64,000 bases of DNA from Amoebidium appalachense (lineage: Eukaryota > Protista > Ichthyosporea): contig CAVNZM010000003.1 in assembly GCA_963693365.1 (NCBI GenBank), positions 2,010,768 through 2,074,767 on the forward strand. The letters run 5' to 3'. Shown in pieces: positions 26,049 through 42,445 of the stretch (position 1 is its first letter; the number at the start of each line of letters is the position of its first letter). Under the pieces are notes generated by a model. The model searched no databases and was not told the DNA's origin. It was given only the letters and a program-made list of their open reading frames with translations. Both the position numbers and the translations under genes were made by a program.

Positions 26049-26702
26049 ACTAAACAAGAAGTGTTCACATGCGCCCCCAAAGAATTAAGCCGCAAATTTC
26101 AGGATATATATGCACCATCCGTCAAGGCCACACTCTCAAGCATACATCCCTCCCTCCTCTTTCCCCCCCTCCCCTCCCCCCCCTTGCCCTTCCCCCCTTT
26201 TCCCCTACCCCACATCCCCGTCTCCCTCCCCCCCTCCCCCTCCCCCCCACACACACACCAAAAAAATAAAAGAAAGAAAAAAAAAAAAGAAAAAAAAAAG
26301 AAAAGAAAAGCCAACCAACCAAACACTCGCTGTCAATGTCTATGTAGAATCTCCACCCCACACCCTGCTGTCAGGAACCACCTTCCTCTCCCCCCTCCCC
26401 CTCCCCTTCCCCCTCCTCCTCCTCCTCTCCCCCCCCCCTCCCTCCTCCCCCCGCCTCCCCTGTCCCCATAAACCCGACATTGGAAGTCGCATACGGGAAA
26501 CTCCGAGGCATTTTTCGAATCTGGCTGGGATTAGAGAGAGGGGGGGTTGGGGGAGGGCGGGGAGGGGGGGGGGAAGAAGGGAGAGAGATAGAGAGAGGGA
26601 GGGAAGGAGGGAGAGAGGGAGGGAAGAGGAGGAGGAGGGGGGGTGGGAGCTCTAAAATAGAGAAGGACTCAGTGAGAGGGGGAAAATGTGCACGCGCCGC
26701 GT

Positions 26703-26776
<74 letters not shown>

Positions 26777-26782
26777 ATGTGT

Positions 26783-26848
<66 letters not shown>

Positions 26849-27893
26849 GTGTGTGTGTGTGTGTGTATTTGCATGTGTGTGTATGCGTATGTGTGTGTGT
26901 GCGTGTGTGTATGTGTTTATGTGTGGGTGTGTGTATGGCATGTATATGCAACTTGAGGCTATGACACAATATAGTATTGATACCACATGCGATACCGTTG
27001 AACAGCATAGTATACGGCAACTTTACGATAACTTTATATTTCCTGCCAGTTGTTTGCGATGTACGGTGACCTGGCGCGCACACTGTGAAAGCAAACTCCC
27101 CAATCCGCGGGCCCCTTTTCCTTGAGCAAAAATCGTCACGATGAGGACAATCATTACATGCAACTGGCATTGTTTTGTGGATGTTCCTGATTGTTCTCTG
27201 TGCAGAAGTTTCGTCCATCAGGTGAGAATCAGTTGAATGTCAGCTATATATGTTGACTAAGTTCTTGAAGCCAGTCTGGAGACTCTGGAATGTCTGGCTG
27301 GCAGTGGCTGCCACCTCCATCTTGCAAGCAAACATATTTGCTTCGGATTCGTCCAAAAGGTAAACAAAACATTTATGGCCGTTTAAACCCAGCCAATAGG
27401 AACATGATTTGTGCAGACGACATCGTGTACACGCTGATGCAATCGGCTGGACTCAGATATATGCGAACCGAGAAGAAAAACAGGATCCTGAAAACATTTT
27501 CAATATGTATTCTTCAAGTTGATGATCACAGGCTACTGTAGCTGCAGCTGAAAGCCAATGCATTGGAAGGAGATTAACATATCTCCATATCTTTTTGCAA
27601 AAGAGATAACTTGCAATTGGCCTGCTATGGTTTCATCTCGTAGAGAGGTTATCTGCATATGCATGTGCACGTGTACAGGCTGGACGACGTGCCGGCTGCC
27701 GGACATGTCAGCTTTCCCGGCCCACGTGCTGACTTAGTGATGGCATGCCCTCGCGGGTTCACTTTGTTAATTGTCCGACGGTAGGCTAGACTCGAGGCCG
27801 CAGATAGCATTACATGGTTCAGTCGAAATAAGAAACTCGAAGGAACAGAAGAAAACAATACGTAGGGCTGGAGAGAAGGGGAAGAAAGGCTCC

Positions 27894-27940
<47 letters not shown>

Positions 27941-28289
27941 GGGGGGGGGGGGGGGGTGCACGCGGTGCAGGCGGACTAGTGCACGGCGCGCACATCTACA
28001 TGTACATGTATACGCACGTGTGATGTCGACGTCGATATCCACCGTACATGTACGTGGATATTTTCGACGCTGTATGCGCGTGTGTGTATGTACTTACTTA
28101 CGTATTTATGCACGCGTGTGTGCATGTGTGTGTTGATACAATATGTGTATATGTATATATGTATGTGCGTGTGGCACTGTGTCAGTCTGTGTGCTCGTTA
28201 TGCACCCGCGTACGTGCGTGTGCGTTGACCGCACGCGCAGCATCATTGCAAGTACCTACTACAAAACTGGAAGTAAACAGAAGTTTTAT

Positions 28290-28595
28290 CGCTAGCCAAT
28301 CGGACTATTTCATGATTCCTATTGGCGCGTCACTGATAAGCCGGGAAAACGTAAAGCTTTCTGAAAAAACTTTGCAGACCGGGCGAAAAAGGAAATGGAC
28401 ACACAAGAAAAGAAAAAGAAAAGAGGAAATTAGCTAGCTACTACCTTCACTAGTGAAACGCTGAAGAAAAACTGCCGAAGTTTTACATATGACGCAACTT
28501 ATGCAGCCTGGTTTAGCTTGCGTGCGGTACCGTCCGGCGTTCTAATGACGTCATAAACTTTTTAAATAAACTGGCCCCCGTCCATATAAAAACCC
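28290..28595 (+). promoter_or_regulatory. Putative promoter of the 28773 gene: CCAAT boxes, CRE palindrome, TATA
   Basis: agccaatc (about 28294), attgg (28321), perfect palindrome ATGACGTCAT (28545-28554), TATAAAA (28585). Confidence 0.55.
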
Positions 28596-28772
28596 CACCA
28601 TCTCACAGATACCACCACAAAAAACCAAAACAGCCACCGTGTAGGCTCTCCCCTACTGTAACAGCCCTACAACACACAAGTCTTATCACCCTGCAACTGC
28701 GCAAGAAGAGAAGAAAACCTTCACACTCTTCCCTTCTCAAGTTAACGTTCACATTGTGAGCAGGGCCGGAAA

Positions 28773-29077
28773 ATGAATCCCCTGTGGTGCATCGTTGCTC
28801 TTCTGGCCACGTCTATGGCCGCGTCTACCACATCCGGAAACGGGGCAGGGAAAGTTAAGAAACCTCCCGTGCCTGACAACCTTGACGCAAATGGGTTTGG
28901 TTGCGAAAACAACAGCACCGGGGTAGGAGAGAACATGGAGCTGATTGACAGGACGTCCGGATATGTAAGTGATATGTTCCCTTGGTTTACCGCTGAATTC
29001 GCATGCTATTAATTTATGTACTCCAGATGCTATCTATATATGATCTCGGGGACGCACGAACGGGTGTTACCATGTCA

Positions 29078-29133
<56 letters not shown>

Positions 29134-29340
29134 ACCGAGGAGGACCGAAAACCACGGCTCCCCGTGGCATGCGCATATAGCCACCAATATCGCTTGCAGT
29201 TCTGAATTAAATGCTAATCACTCCCCCCCCCCCCCCCTCCCCCCTCCCCCTCCCCATCCCCCCTGTCCCTTTCACCCGCGGCTCGCGGTCTGCCCGCCCT
29301 TCCCACGACCCCTCTCCCCCCACTTTCCTTGAAAAACCAT

Positions 29341-29394
<54 letters not shown>

Positions 29395-29954
29395 AACACA
29401 CAAACACACAAACACACACACACGCACACACACACCTTCCCTCCCCTCCCGCCCCCACACAGGTGTACATCTGCAGGAACTGCTCGGTTGACGAATACAA
29501 CCAAAACCTTGCAAAAATCCCCCCCTGGCAGAAGAAAAATGGGCCAAAGACCCGCATGGCTGACGAATTTACCATCTGCCACTCCCCCGGCTTCCCGGGC
29601 TTCGTTTACGCCCAATTTTACGGCCTGAACTGGACGTACGGTGCACGGATCGTCACGCCGGACCAAGATAACACGCAGATCGGAGATTCGAAGTACAATC
29701 TCAACCAGGTTTGGAGGGACACGTACTACACATACTATGCAGGAAAGAAGACTTATCAGTTGATTGACGATTTGGGCCGCAAATACGTCATGCAGACGTC
29801 GACAAATCTCACGGAGGCAGGGAAGAATCTCCCTAAAAAGTGGAAATTTGAGGAGGTGACGCTGAAGGAGAAACTGGTTGTGCACTCGGAGAGCAATATT
29901 GCTATGGTTGTTACGGATGAGTATGGTAACGCGTACCAGCGCTATAAGTCGTAG
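28773..29954 (+). CDS. Secreted protein (227 aa) resembling an uncharacterised bacterial family
   Basis: Exon 1 28773-28964 (signal peptide MNPLWCIVALLATSMAA, donor GTAAGT) and exon 2 29463-29954, phase 0. C-terminal pattern V.RDT.YTY.AGK..YQL.D..GR.YVMQT..LP..W.F....L...L.V....A.VVTDEYGNAYQR. Confidence 0.85.
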
Positions 29955-31264
29955 AATTGTCTTTTTTTCTTTTTCCTTTTCTTTTTTTTTTTTTTTTTTT
30001 TTTTTTTTTGGGTGGGGGGGGGGGGGGGGGGGGGGAGGGGGGGAGTGTACATCATAGCACAAAGGGTTTCCCTCCATTTTACATAGTCACCAATAGATGA
30101 GGTACAATGTGGGTTATTGGACTAGCTTATAATCAAAGTGGTGGGCCTAGTAGTATTTTATATATATATACGATTTATTAGAAAGTTTTGTAAATAGTCA
30201 CAAGTGTTTCCTAGAGGTCCATTATATCTGTAAATTCTGTGCGAGCATTTACATTTTATGAGCTCTGGGGGGAGAAGGGGAGGGAGGGGGGAGGGGGGGG
30301 GGGGGGGAGTAGCGGGGTTTAATGATAAGTGAAACCTCACCAATATATAAACTCACCCCATCGGTATACTACTCATAGTGCATGCCAAGCTTGGTAGTCA
30401 GGCTTCTGTCCTGCTTGTTAGTATTCGTTGAATAAATGACAAAGTATTCGAATGTCCTGCCACGTGCGACTGTGGCCTCAGTCGCCGCATGAACAAGTCA
30501 CACTCTGGCGAGTAGACTACTCTGTTTTTCAAGTTTGCGTTGGCGCTTGATCAGCCGCCTCAAAGGGAAAGTTGTTGTCGGCCTTGAAAAATAAGCCTTC
30601 TCCAAAGGTAGCAGACGAATGTCTGAGGGTTATGTGGAACGATTCCTCCTGTTTCATATGCACTACCACCATTCGGTGAGAGCCCCCCCTCCTCCCTCCC
30701 CATCTCTCTTTCCCCTATTGTGCCAAACTAGCACACCGTGCCACACACACACACACACACACACACACAGCACGCTCACATCACGGCATTGCACACACAC
30801 ATACATACACAAACACACACAACACGGAAAAACGGACCCGATAACCATGCCCACATACATACATGCACACACACATATGCATGCACACATGCGTACCCCC
30901 CCCCCCCCCCCCCCCCCCCCCTCCCCCCCCCCTCCCCCCGCGCCCCCCCTTCAAATGGCACAGATACTTACCCACGTGCACACTAACATCCTGCTCACCG
31001 TGACTGTTAACTTAATAGAATCGCAGCAGCTTTGGCCCTCCGAACGGCCATACGTTTCCTACTCAACCTATAACGTACCTACACACAATCGAAAGAAAGT
31101 GAGCGATTGAAAATGGATCAGGGCCGATTTATCTACCCTGTGGCTAATAAACTTTAAAACTTAAAACTTTTAAAGTTTAAAGTTTAAACTCGAAGCATGC
31201 CGTGGATCGCCGGACATCTCTTTGTACTCTTGCATTCACAGCCTTTTGCATTTTTTTCTTTTTC

Positions 31265-31329
<65 letters not shown>

Positions 31330-31933
31330 GAAGGGGGGGGGAGGGGAGAGAAAGCCGGGGAAGAGGGGGGGGAGGGGGGGGGGGGGAGGGGAGGGGGCAA
31401 ACAACAAGGGAGAGGGGGTGGTGGGGGAGGGGGAAAGGGGAAAGGGGGAAAGGGGTTGGGGTTGGGGGGGGGGGGGGAGGGGGAGGGCTTGAAGCAAAAT
31501 AACAACACGAAGCCTCGAATCAATGAAGCAACCAATTCCAAGTAAAAAGAATAGCCGTGGAGCACTTTTATGATGCCATATGTTGAGTTACTGCTAGGGT
31601 AGTGACGATGCAGAAGGACGAGAGGAGGGGGGAGGGCCGGGGGGAGGAGGAGGGGGGGGGGGAGAGGGGAGGGGGGATGCGGGGGAGGGCGAGGGGAAGG
31701 GGAGGGTAAAAGGGAATGGGGATGGGTTTGGGCAAAAGAAATATTGTCGTGGGAAGAACTGTGGGCGACGGAGGGGTTTAGGCGTTTTAGGAGAAGAAGG
31801 TGAAACGTTAAGTGGGGGAGGGGGAGGGGCCGGGAGGTGGGGCCGGGGGGGGAGAGGGGGAGGGGGGAGGGGAGAGAGAAGGAGAGAAAGAAAGCAGGAT
31901 TTGGGGTATTGTTTTTTTTTTGTTTTTTGTTTT

Positions 31934-31964
<31 letters not shown>

Positions 31965-32075
31965 GATGGGGATCCATAAGGCTGCCATAGTTTGATGAAA
32001 CAGTGAATGCATATAAAAACCCGTATAATTGTGATTGTCGTAACGGTTGTCCCAGCCCCGCCAGGATAGCCTGTT

Positions 32076-32104
32076 TTATTATTATTATTAGTATTATTAC
32101 TAAG

Positions 32105-32180
<76 letters not shown>

Positions 32181-32230
32181 GTAGTAGTATTAGTATTATT
32201 ATTATTATTGTTATTATTATTCTATTAATA
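32076..32230. repeat. (ATT)n microsatellite
   Basis: Long imperfect att repeat. Confidence 0.95.
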
Positions 32231-32269
32231 TTTTTTTTTTTGGGGGGGGGGGGGGGGGGGATTTTTTTT

Positions 32270-32364
<95 letters not shown>

Positions 32365-32756
32365 GCGTTTGTGCATATGCACCATTAATTGAACACATTT
32401 TCTTTTCTTGATACTCGGAGGCGCATGGATTGTGAATTTGTTGTTTGGAAATTGGGGGGAAGGGGGGGGGGGGGGGGGGAGGGGGGAGGGGGGGGAGGGG
32501 AGGGGTATGTGTGTGATGCATGGTCAGGGGAGAGAAGATAGGAGAGGGAACACTCTCTTGTGGCACGTATGGGTGAGCGTGTGTTGGGGGGAGGGGAAAA
32601 CTGCTTGTGTCGGCTTGTGTTGTGTACTGTACATGTAAGGCCTGTTTGCAGGTACGCGTGTGAGTGGGTATGTACATGGAGATACTTTTAAGCGCAAGAT
32701 CATACGGTACCTCTGTCATACCGTTGTCACTACACGCACCACACACACACACATGC

Positions 32757-33610
<854 letters not shown>

Positions 33611-35212
33611 TAAGTATACATACTTTTTGACCACAATGCTCCCTGTCCTGCTTTGTAATATTCTATTTTGTATCCTCCTCGCTGACATGTACGCCCTCTT
33701 CTGGTAGACGTACGTACGTATACGTACTCAGCAATTTGAGAAAGTTGGGTGAAGGGGACGGGAGGGGGGGGGGGGGAGGAGGGGGAGAGGAGGGAGAGGA
33801 AGGAGGGGGGAGGGGACGGGGGGAAGGGGGGGGGGGGGGGGGGGGGACGGAGGGGGAGTTGTGGACCAGCCCGGGATGGGGGGGAGGGGAAGGGGAGGGG
33901 GGGGGGGGGGGGGGGAGGGCATCGATATCATGACCAATATCGAGCCCGGGGGGAGGGGGGGGGGGGGGGGGGGGGTTTGATGGTCATTCTGGCGCAGGAA
34001 GCGGGGACTATGGACTGCACGTTCTAGTGCTAATAGTAGTGTCCTTTAGAGCAGGCCGCGCCAATAGTATATATACGTATATGTTGAACTCTAGAATTTG
34101 CATTCAGGCTTATATAGTGCACATATTGCCATACATAATCAAACGTTTCTGTTCTAACACAATCCCAATTATTGCGAGGGCTTGTTTTTGCAACAAAAGG
34201 GCCGCTTAGTGCCCGCAGGCCCCGCACGGCGGCCCATAGGTTCACGAACACCAATAAAGTGATTGGCTGCCGAATACGACAAATGATTGGACCTAATATA
34301 TTATTAGCCATGTTTGGAACCCTATAAATGCCTTTCGAGGCGGGCAAATCGAGCATTCCATTCCTTTTGCTGTCTCCTCAGACTGGCAGTACTGGTCCAG
34401 GTGGTTCCTTCTTGTCGGTAAGGCAGCCGGAAAAACGCATGATAGGCCGCGTTGCAATTTTTTTTTTAAAAAAGAATTATAACAGATAACTTTAATTGGC
34501 TAAGAATAGCGTGCTACTCAATTGCGCTGTGTGGTGATTCAAACATACAATTCGTATCCGAATCATCCCGAGCTCGCAGCATATTGCATATGGAGCAGGA
34601 TTCAAATGCGCTGGTGAAGTGTGACATGAAGGTGCGCATCTTTATTTGATATGCTTGCAGACTCCTGTAAATAGCAAAGTTTGAAATAAGAGGAATGCGG
34701 TGACGGATATTATAAATGATTACCTTTGTCGTCGGTGGCTAGTGTGAACGAGTCCATAAAATGAGCTAGCGCGGGCATGCCCACAAAATCCCACTTTTGT
34801 GGGGAAACACCACAATCTTTGCCGTCCTCTGCCTGATAACTGGATTGCACCAATCACATGTACTCAGCTTTTGTTTACCCTCCAAATAAGGCTAGTGCGC
34901 AGTTCCCCCTATGCTTCCTTGAGGCTATGAGCAAACACTGAACTTTCGGATCGATCGAGACTACCCCACAAAATATATACATCCTCTGCCAAATAAATAT
35001 AAATATGATAAAAGGCACTATAATGTAGGAATATAGATGTTTCTTCGTATTTTTTTTTCACCTAAAATTAACTGAAATTTTGCACTTTACACGTCGAAAC
35101 ACAAAACAAACAACCGTCGTCCTTCACAGTACTTTTATCGTGTCATCTGGTAGATGAGTCCAACATTAATAGCTCGAAACGGCCAGTCGTCCGACCTTCC
35201 AGCCCGGAGCCA

Positions 35213-35349
35213 CTATAAAAGGATAAGAGCCGACAAACCCTCTCTCAGTTCCACACTGCCCGCAGGTGTGTAGTACACCTTAGCGACAGCGAAGTAACTT
35301 TCCGGGATCATTTTATTACCAGGGGTGTATCTGTAACAGTGTTTTGTAG
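35213..35349 (+). promoter_or_regulatory. TATA box, initiator and 5'-UTR intron of the Agd3-like gene
   Basis: cTATAAAAgg at 35213-35222 and Inr-like tcagtt about 30 nt downstream. A cag|gtgtgt..ttttgtag intron (about 35266-35349) ends 10 nt before the ATG. Confidence 0.55.
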
Positions 35350-35359
35350 AACAGAAAAC

Positions 35360-36905
35360 ATGGTTAGGTTCCTCCTAACGGCGCTCTGCGCCGGGCTCGT
35401 GGCCGGTGTGCCACTTGCACCACAAAACTACCAAATGAGAATGAAGACACTTATTCTTAGCACAAACCCCCTTATGTCTATCCTCCCTAACTGGATGGCA
35501 AACGCATACGGGCAGGACCACGACCTTATAGAACTGGTCGACGGAAACACGCTCACCGACCCGGACGGTAAATTCCTTGACAAACTGGTCGATGGACAGG
35601 GTAACCCCCAGTACAACTCGCTCGTTCTGCACACGCCGCGCCTCGCCTACGACATCGGAAACGGAACATTCCCCTCTGCTCTCACCAACGACCAGTGGGA
35701 GAGACTGAACGGTTGGGCCGCCGCGTACAAAATCCGGACGGTTGTTCTTGCGTCGAGCTATGTTGTTGACCCAGGTCTTCAGGCCGCTCCTGGGTGGGAG
35801 AAGGGTACGGACATGGACGCGTTCATTACGTTCATAGACAATGAACTGACGGAGCAGATTCGCGGAAATATTCGCAAGGAGTCGCGCTTCCGTACGGGTC
35901 AGGTGAACGAGTTTGTGCGCACGTCTTACTACTTCTACCCTACGTTCGTCAAGGAGGGCAACCCACACATCAAGCCCTTCCTCGCAATGAACCCCGTGAA
36001 TCCCCTCCCCAACCCTGCCTGTAACATCAACACTGACACGGCCAACCAGACCGTTGTTCCAATTATTGGTGATCCCCGCGGTATCGTTCTTACCAACTGC
36101 TACCCAGCCACCCTCCCCGACCCCAACTGGGTGGGCGCTTTCATCCGCACCACACCGGACGGCCGCGAGGAAATGCACTTCATGATCAACTCCAACACTT
36201 TCGGCCACCACGGCTTCGCTCTTGCCGATGTCTGGCTCCCGTGGGCTATGCGCGGTATGTGGCTCGGCCAGCGTCGCATGTACCTCAACACGCACATTGA
36301 CGATGTTTTCCTCTCCACCGCCGTTTACAACATTACCCTTAACCGTCCTGCTATTGAGGATGAGTGGGCATACCGCGTTACCGCTACGGACTTTGTTCAT
36401 CTTGTCAACTACACCAAGGAGTTTAACAAGAGGAACTCGCCCGGCACCCGGTACACTATCGAGCTGGCTTTCAACGGCATCGGGTGGTTTGCCAACGGGC
36501 TGGAGAAGGACTTCCCAGACCAGGTATGTTTATGTGCACCTTTTTCATCCCCCCCTCTCCCCCAACGCACACACACACACACACCGCCGCCACCACCACA
36601 CCACCACCCCCGATTATTAGGTGATAGAACTGTACACGTGCAACATTTCATGAATGCCTGAACGGGCGTAGGATGATTCACAAGTGTAGAAGATCGTGAA
36701 CAGTATCTTAATGATCTTGGCCTACGCAATTCTTACCCCCTTCCTCCCCCCCCTCCCCTCCCCTTTCCCCCCATCTTTCCCCTCTCCCCCTCCCAATCCC
36801 CCCCCCTCCCTCCCCCCCCCCCCCCCCACCCCACACACACACCCCATCTTTCCCCTCTCCCCCCCCCCCTCCCCCCCCCCCCCCCCCCACCCCCGCCCCA
36901 CACAC

Positions 36906-36949
<44 letters not shown>

Positions 36950-38630
36950 GTACACATACACATACACATACACACGTACACGCACACATACACGTACACA
37001 CACAGGTGAACATGAAGGCGCTCGAGCTCCGCGACCACTTCTTCTGGGTGTCTCACACCTGGGGCCACCTCGATCTCTATTGCCCTAACAGCGACTGCAA
37101 CCGCTACGGCTTCACCAGGTACAACGACTCCCTGTGGGATCTCAAGAAGAACGAGTGGTTTGCCGAAAATGTTCTTTTCGCCGATATCCCCTCGGACAAG
37201 ATTGAGAACTGGCCCACTTTCAGCCGTCACGGTCTCGTTACGCCCCGTATTTCCGGCCAGAACTTGTCCGATTCTATTCAGGCTATGAATGATGTCGGTA
37301 TTGATAACACCGTCGGTGATAACTCTCGCCCTCTTCTCCGCCCGCTCAACCCGTTCCATGGCCTCTGGACCCCTACTAAGGACAACCAAGGGCGTAGCGC
37401 GTTCATCATCCCCCGTTGGGCGACGAGAATTTACTTCGACGTGTCGACGGAGGTTGAGGCAGCTAAGGAACACAACTCCATCTACGGCCCTAACTGCTAC
37501 GGATACGACCGGGTGGGTGAGGCTTCTTTCCCTTACAAGTGCAACACTACGACGTTCAAGTACCCACGCGATCTTACGCTCGATGAGATCATGATGATCG
37601 AGTCCTTCGAGACGGCGCGTAACTTCCTCGGCTACCGCACGGACCCGTACATGTTCCACCAGGCAAACCTTCGTTTCTTTGAGAAGGACGGTAAGAAGAC
37701 TTCTCTTCTGACGGAGTGGGTCGACGCCGTAATGGAGCAGGTCACTCAGTACAACACTCTTCCTTTGATTTCCCACAAGATGGACGATCTGAAGAAGATC
37801 CTTCTGGAGCGTATGGACCGCGACGCCTGCGGGTTGGTTGGTACCATCGAGTATAACGCCGGTGTCCCCGTCAGCATGCACATCAGCAGCAATTCCTCGT
37901 GTGTTGCAAAGGTGTCGCGCACCTCTGGCACCACTCTTCAGTTTGTCGATGGGGTCGAGGAGGAGGCTTATGGCCCCGACCGCACCCGCGATGTCCCCCT
38001 CAATGGAAGTACGTATACCCCCATAAGCACCATCCCCCCTCCCCCCCTCCCTTTTTCCCACTTCCCCTCTTCCCCTCCCCCCCCCCCCCTCTCCCCTCTC
38101 CCCGGGCCCCTCACTACCCACAGGCACACCACCCCATGACCCTCGTTCTATAAGCTTCCCTGCCCTGCCTTTCTCTCACCAGGTTAATAGCTGAACCCTT
38201 CTTTTTTGTTTCCTCCCCTTCCCCCCCCCCCCCCCCCTCCCCCCCCAACCCCCCTTCCCCCTTCCCCCTTCCCCTCTCCATTCCTTGTGGGCTCTTAACT
38301 ATAATTTACGAGTATAACCAACTAACGTTCCCGATCCACCCTTCAGGCACCGTCACGCTCACGTTCGGTGTTCCCCCCGGTGGCTCTGCCCCCGTCAAGC
38401 CTTTCCTACCCTATCCCCCCGTGGACCACGTTGTCAACATCACCTTTGGAGGTATTCTCAATCTCAACAAGTTTGAGATGGACGTTATTCAGAACGTCAC
38501 GGCTCTCGAGAAGTCTCTGAAGGATCAGGTAATATTTGCAGTGCCCTTGCCTTACCCCCTCCCCCCTCCCTCCCCCCTCCCCCCCCCTTTTTCACCCACT
38601 TTCCTCTATTCCCCCCCGTCCTCCCCCCCC

Positions 38631-38661
<31 letters not shown>

Positions 38662-38907
38662 AGTCTCCCTTGAACCATACTCCCTTGAACCATATTGGCT
38701 TTTGCGTCTTTTCCTATTCTCATAACTGTCAGGCCTTAGTCTCCCTTTCTTCAAGGGATATCCATCATCCCCCCCTTCCCCGCCCACACACATACCCGAA
38801 AAAAGAAATGTCTTCAATGCCCCTTGACCTGATAACAACCCTAGCACAATAGTTACACTCTTTTCTCCTAATCGAATGTAGGCCACTCCCTCCCTCCCCC
38901 CCCCCCC

Positions 38908-38938
<31 letters not shown>

Positions 38939-39578
38939 CCTTACCCTCATCCACACCCACAACCAATAAGCACCCTTCACACAAATACATACCTAATAAG
39001 AAAAAGATCACGGTAAAAAGAGACAATCAGATGGCAACAGACAGACACTAACTCGATTGTCCGCTAAACAGGTTCAGGCATCGATGCAGAAGGTCGACGA
39101 TGCGATCGGCGCCGTCACCTCCTTGACATGCCGCAGCATCGAAAACAACCAATACATCCAGGAGATTTACGATCTAATCGACGAGGTATCCAAGCCCGCG
39201 ATTAAGGCCCGCGCCGACAACACCACCGGGAGCTGGTACCGCATCATGGAGGATTCTCTTGCGAAACTCGCCAACGATTTCGCCGTTTACGCCCAAGGAA
39301 TTCAGAACGACGACCCTAATAAGGGTAAGGGTATCGCCGCCGAACACTCGAAAAATTCGATTGATCGCCTGGAAAATTACGCCAGCGCGTACATGAAGCG
39401 TAGGTGGAGTCAGTGGCAAGACGCCGTCGCCAAGTACAACAAGAAGGGTGGGTGCTCGGGTGCGGAGGCCCCGGCGCAGATTAAGATCGATACGAGCACG
39501 GCACATATGGGGGACACGACCGAGGAGGATTTGTCCATCCCGGGAAGTCTGGGTGGTAGCCCGACTAGCGACATGTAA
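35360..39578 (+). CDS. agd3: Secreted Agd3-like (CE18) alpha-1,4-GalNAc polysaccharide deacetylase with an extra C-terminal domain (about 951 aa)
   Basis: Exons 35360-36523, 37006-38008, 38347-38528 and 39072-39578, all GT-AG and phase-compatible. Signal peptide MVRFLLTALCAGLVAG. Agd3-family motifs GQRRMYLNTHIDDVFL, IELAFNG, WVSHTWGH (metal-binding His pair), GLVTPRISG, VGDNSRP, PRWATRIYFD and DPYMFHQANLR. The symbol indicates homology, not proven orthology. Confidence 0.92.
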
Positions 39579-40029
39579 ATACTCTTGGTCTCTGAAATTT
39601 AGAGTGTAATGATGCTGGTTTGGTAGTTTTTTTTCGGAGACTCAAATAGCATGTTAACACTCTGTTTCAGGCGGTATATAGTGTAGTGTGCACTGCTCTC
39701 GAAATTCATAGAATTCCGGGGGTATTAATGAAATGATGATTGTTCTTGTTCCTTTTTTAGGTGAACTATTCAGAAGCGCACTGTGTGTGTCTTCTTGTGC
39801 TTACGTGGCACTCTTGTGTATGATCTCTGACGAATGCAAATATAGTATTCCTGTTCCACAAGCTGATGTTTTTTTGGTGATCGAGGTTTTTCCGTACACA
39901 CCAAATAAATCCAACACAATTAACCTGTGTCATATCAAAATAGCAGGTTGGGGGTGTGAAGCTTTTATCTGATGCATCACCACAAAACAAAATCACAATT
40001 CATGCACGATACAGTACGAGGCACACGCG

Positions 40030-41048
<1,019 letters not shown>

Positions 41049-41914
41049 CAACCCCCCTTTACCACACGGGGTTTGGGTTAATGACTAGCGCAGTACGGAG
41101 ATACCGAACCATCTTCTGGCACACAGAATTGTCCGGGACCCAAATGAATAGAATATTCTGCTGGAGTTTAAAATAAATGAAGCCACCAGCATGCCTACCT
41201 TTTAAACTTATAACATGGAGATATAAACTTAACTCAAAAAAAGCAAATGTTTTCGTTTTACACTGGCCTGGTTGAGATGAAAGTTAGAAAAGTAGTACAC
41301 GACCATGATAGTATGTTGCACAACCTCCCCCCTCTTCCCCCCTCCCCCCCCCCCCCCCCCCTCCCTCCCCCCCCTTCCCCCCCCCCTCCCCCCCCCCCTC
41401 CCCCCCCCCCCCCCCTCCACCCCTTCCCCGGCCATGGCGCACGCCACCGGCCCCTTTGATCAGGTGATATATCGGTCGAATTTCAACCTTAACATACTTT
41501 CTAAATCCAGCCTTGATCATTTCCCCTCGAACCCCGGTGTACGTACGGTACTATATACCTCACGACCTTTCCTGCCCGTCTTCTTCCTCAGAGTATTTTT
41601 GTTAAAGGAAGACACACCGTGGTGCACACCAAAGCACACTTCATCTTCGTGTAATATGTTCATTGTGAGAGGAGGGTTCGTGGGCATCCGGAGTGGTACG
41701 GTTTTTTTTTTTTTTTTGGCGGGGGCTTGGAAGAGGGGGGGGGGTGTGTGTGGAGAGGAGAGGAGATGGTTCATGTCTTGGATGATTAATATTGGTCATG
41801 TATCGACTCATAATAGAGAGAGGAAAGGGATTTTTTCCCAAAATTTTGTCCGCGGCCGGGGACTGAAGGTGAGGCCCAAAATCGGTGAGCGTATGTATAT
41901 GTGCACTGCGTACA

Positions 41915-42445
<531 letters not shown>

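Noticed and set aside
27170-27300. Possible leucine-rich repeat on the minus strand
   Set aside because: The apparent pattern required mixing frames and crossing stop codons.
31147-31190. Quasi-palindromic taaactttaaaacttaaaacttttaaagtttaaagtttaaac
   Set aside because: Short AT-rich slippage repeat with no associated element.
32003-32392. Poly-Ile ORF suggesting a membrane protein
   Set aside because: It is an (ATT)n microsatellite.
34780-34803. 9-bp stem hairpin cccacaaaa..ttttgtggg upstream of the Agd3-like gene
   Set aside because: Too short to distinguish from chance, and a bacterial terminator reading does not apply here.
35375-38127. Long minus-strand ORFs 35375-36400 and 36733-38127
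   Set aside because: Antisense shadows of the codon-biased Agd3-like exons.
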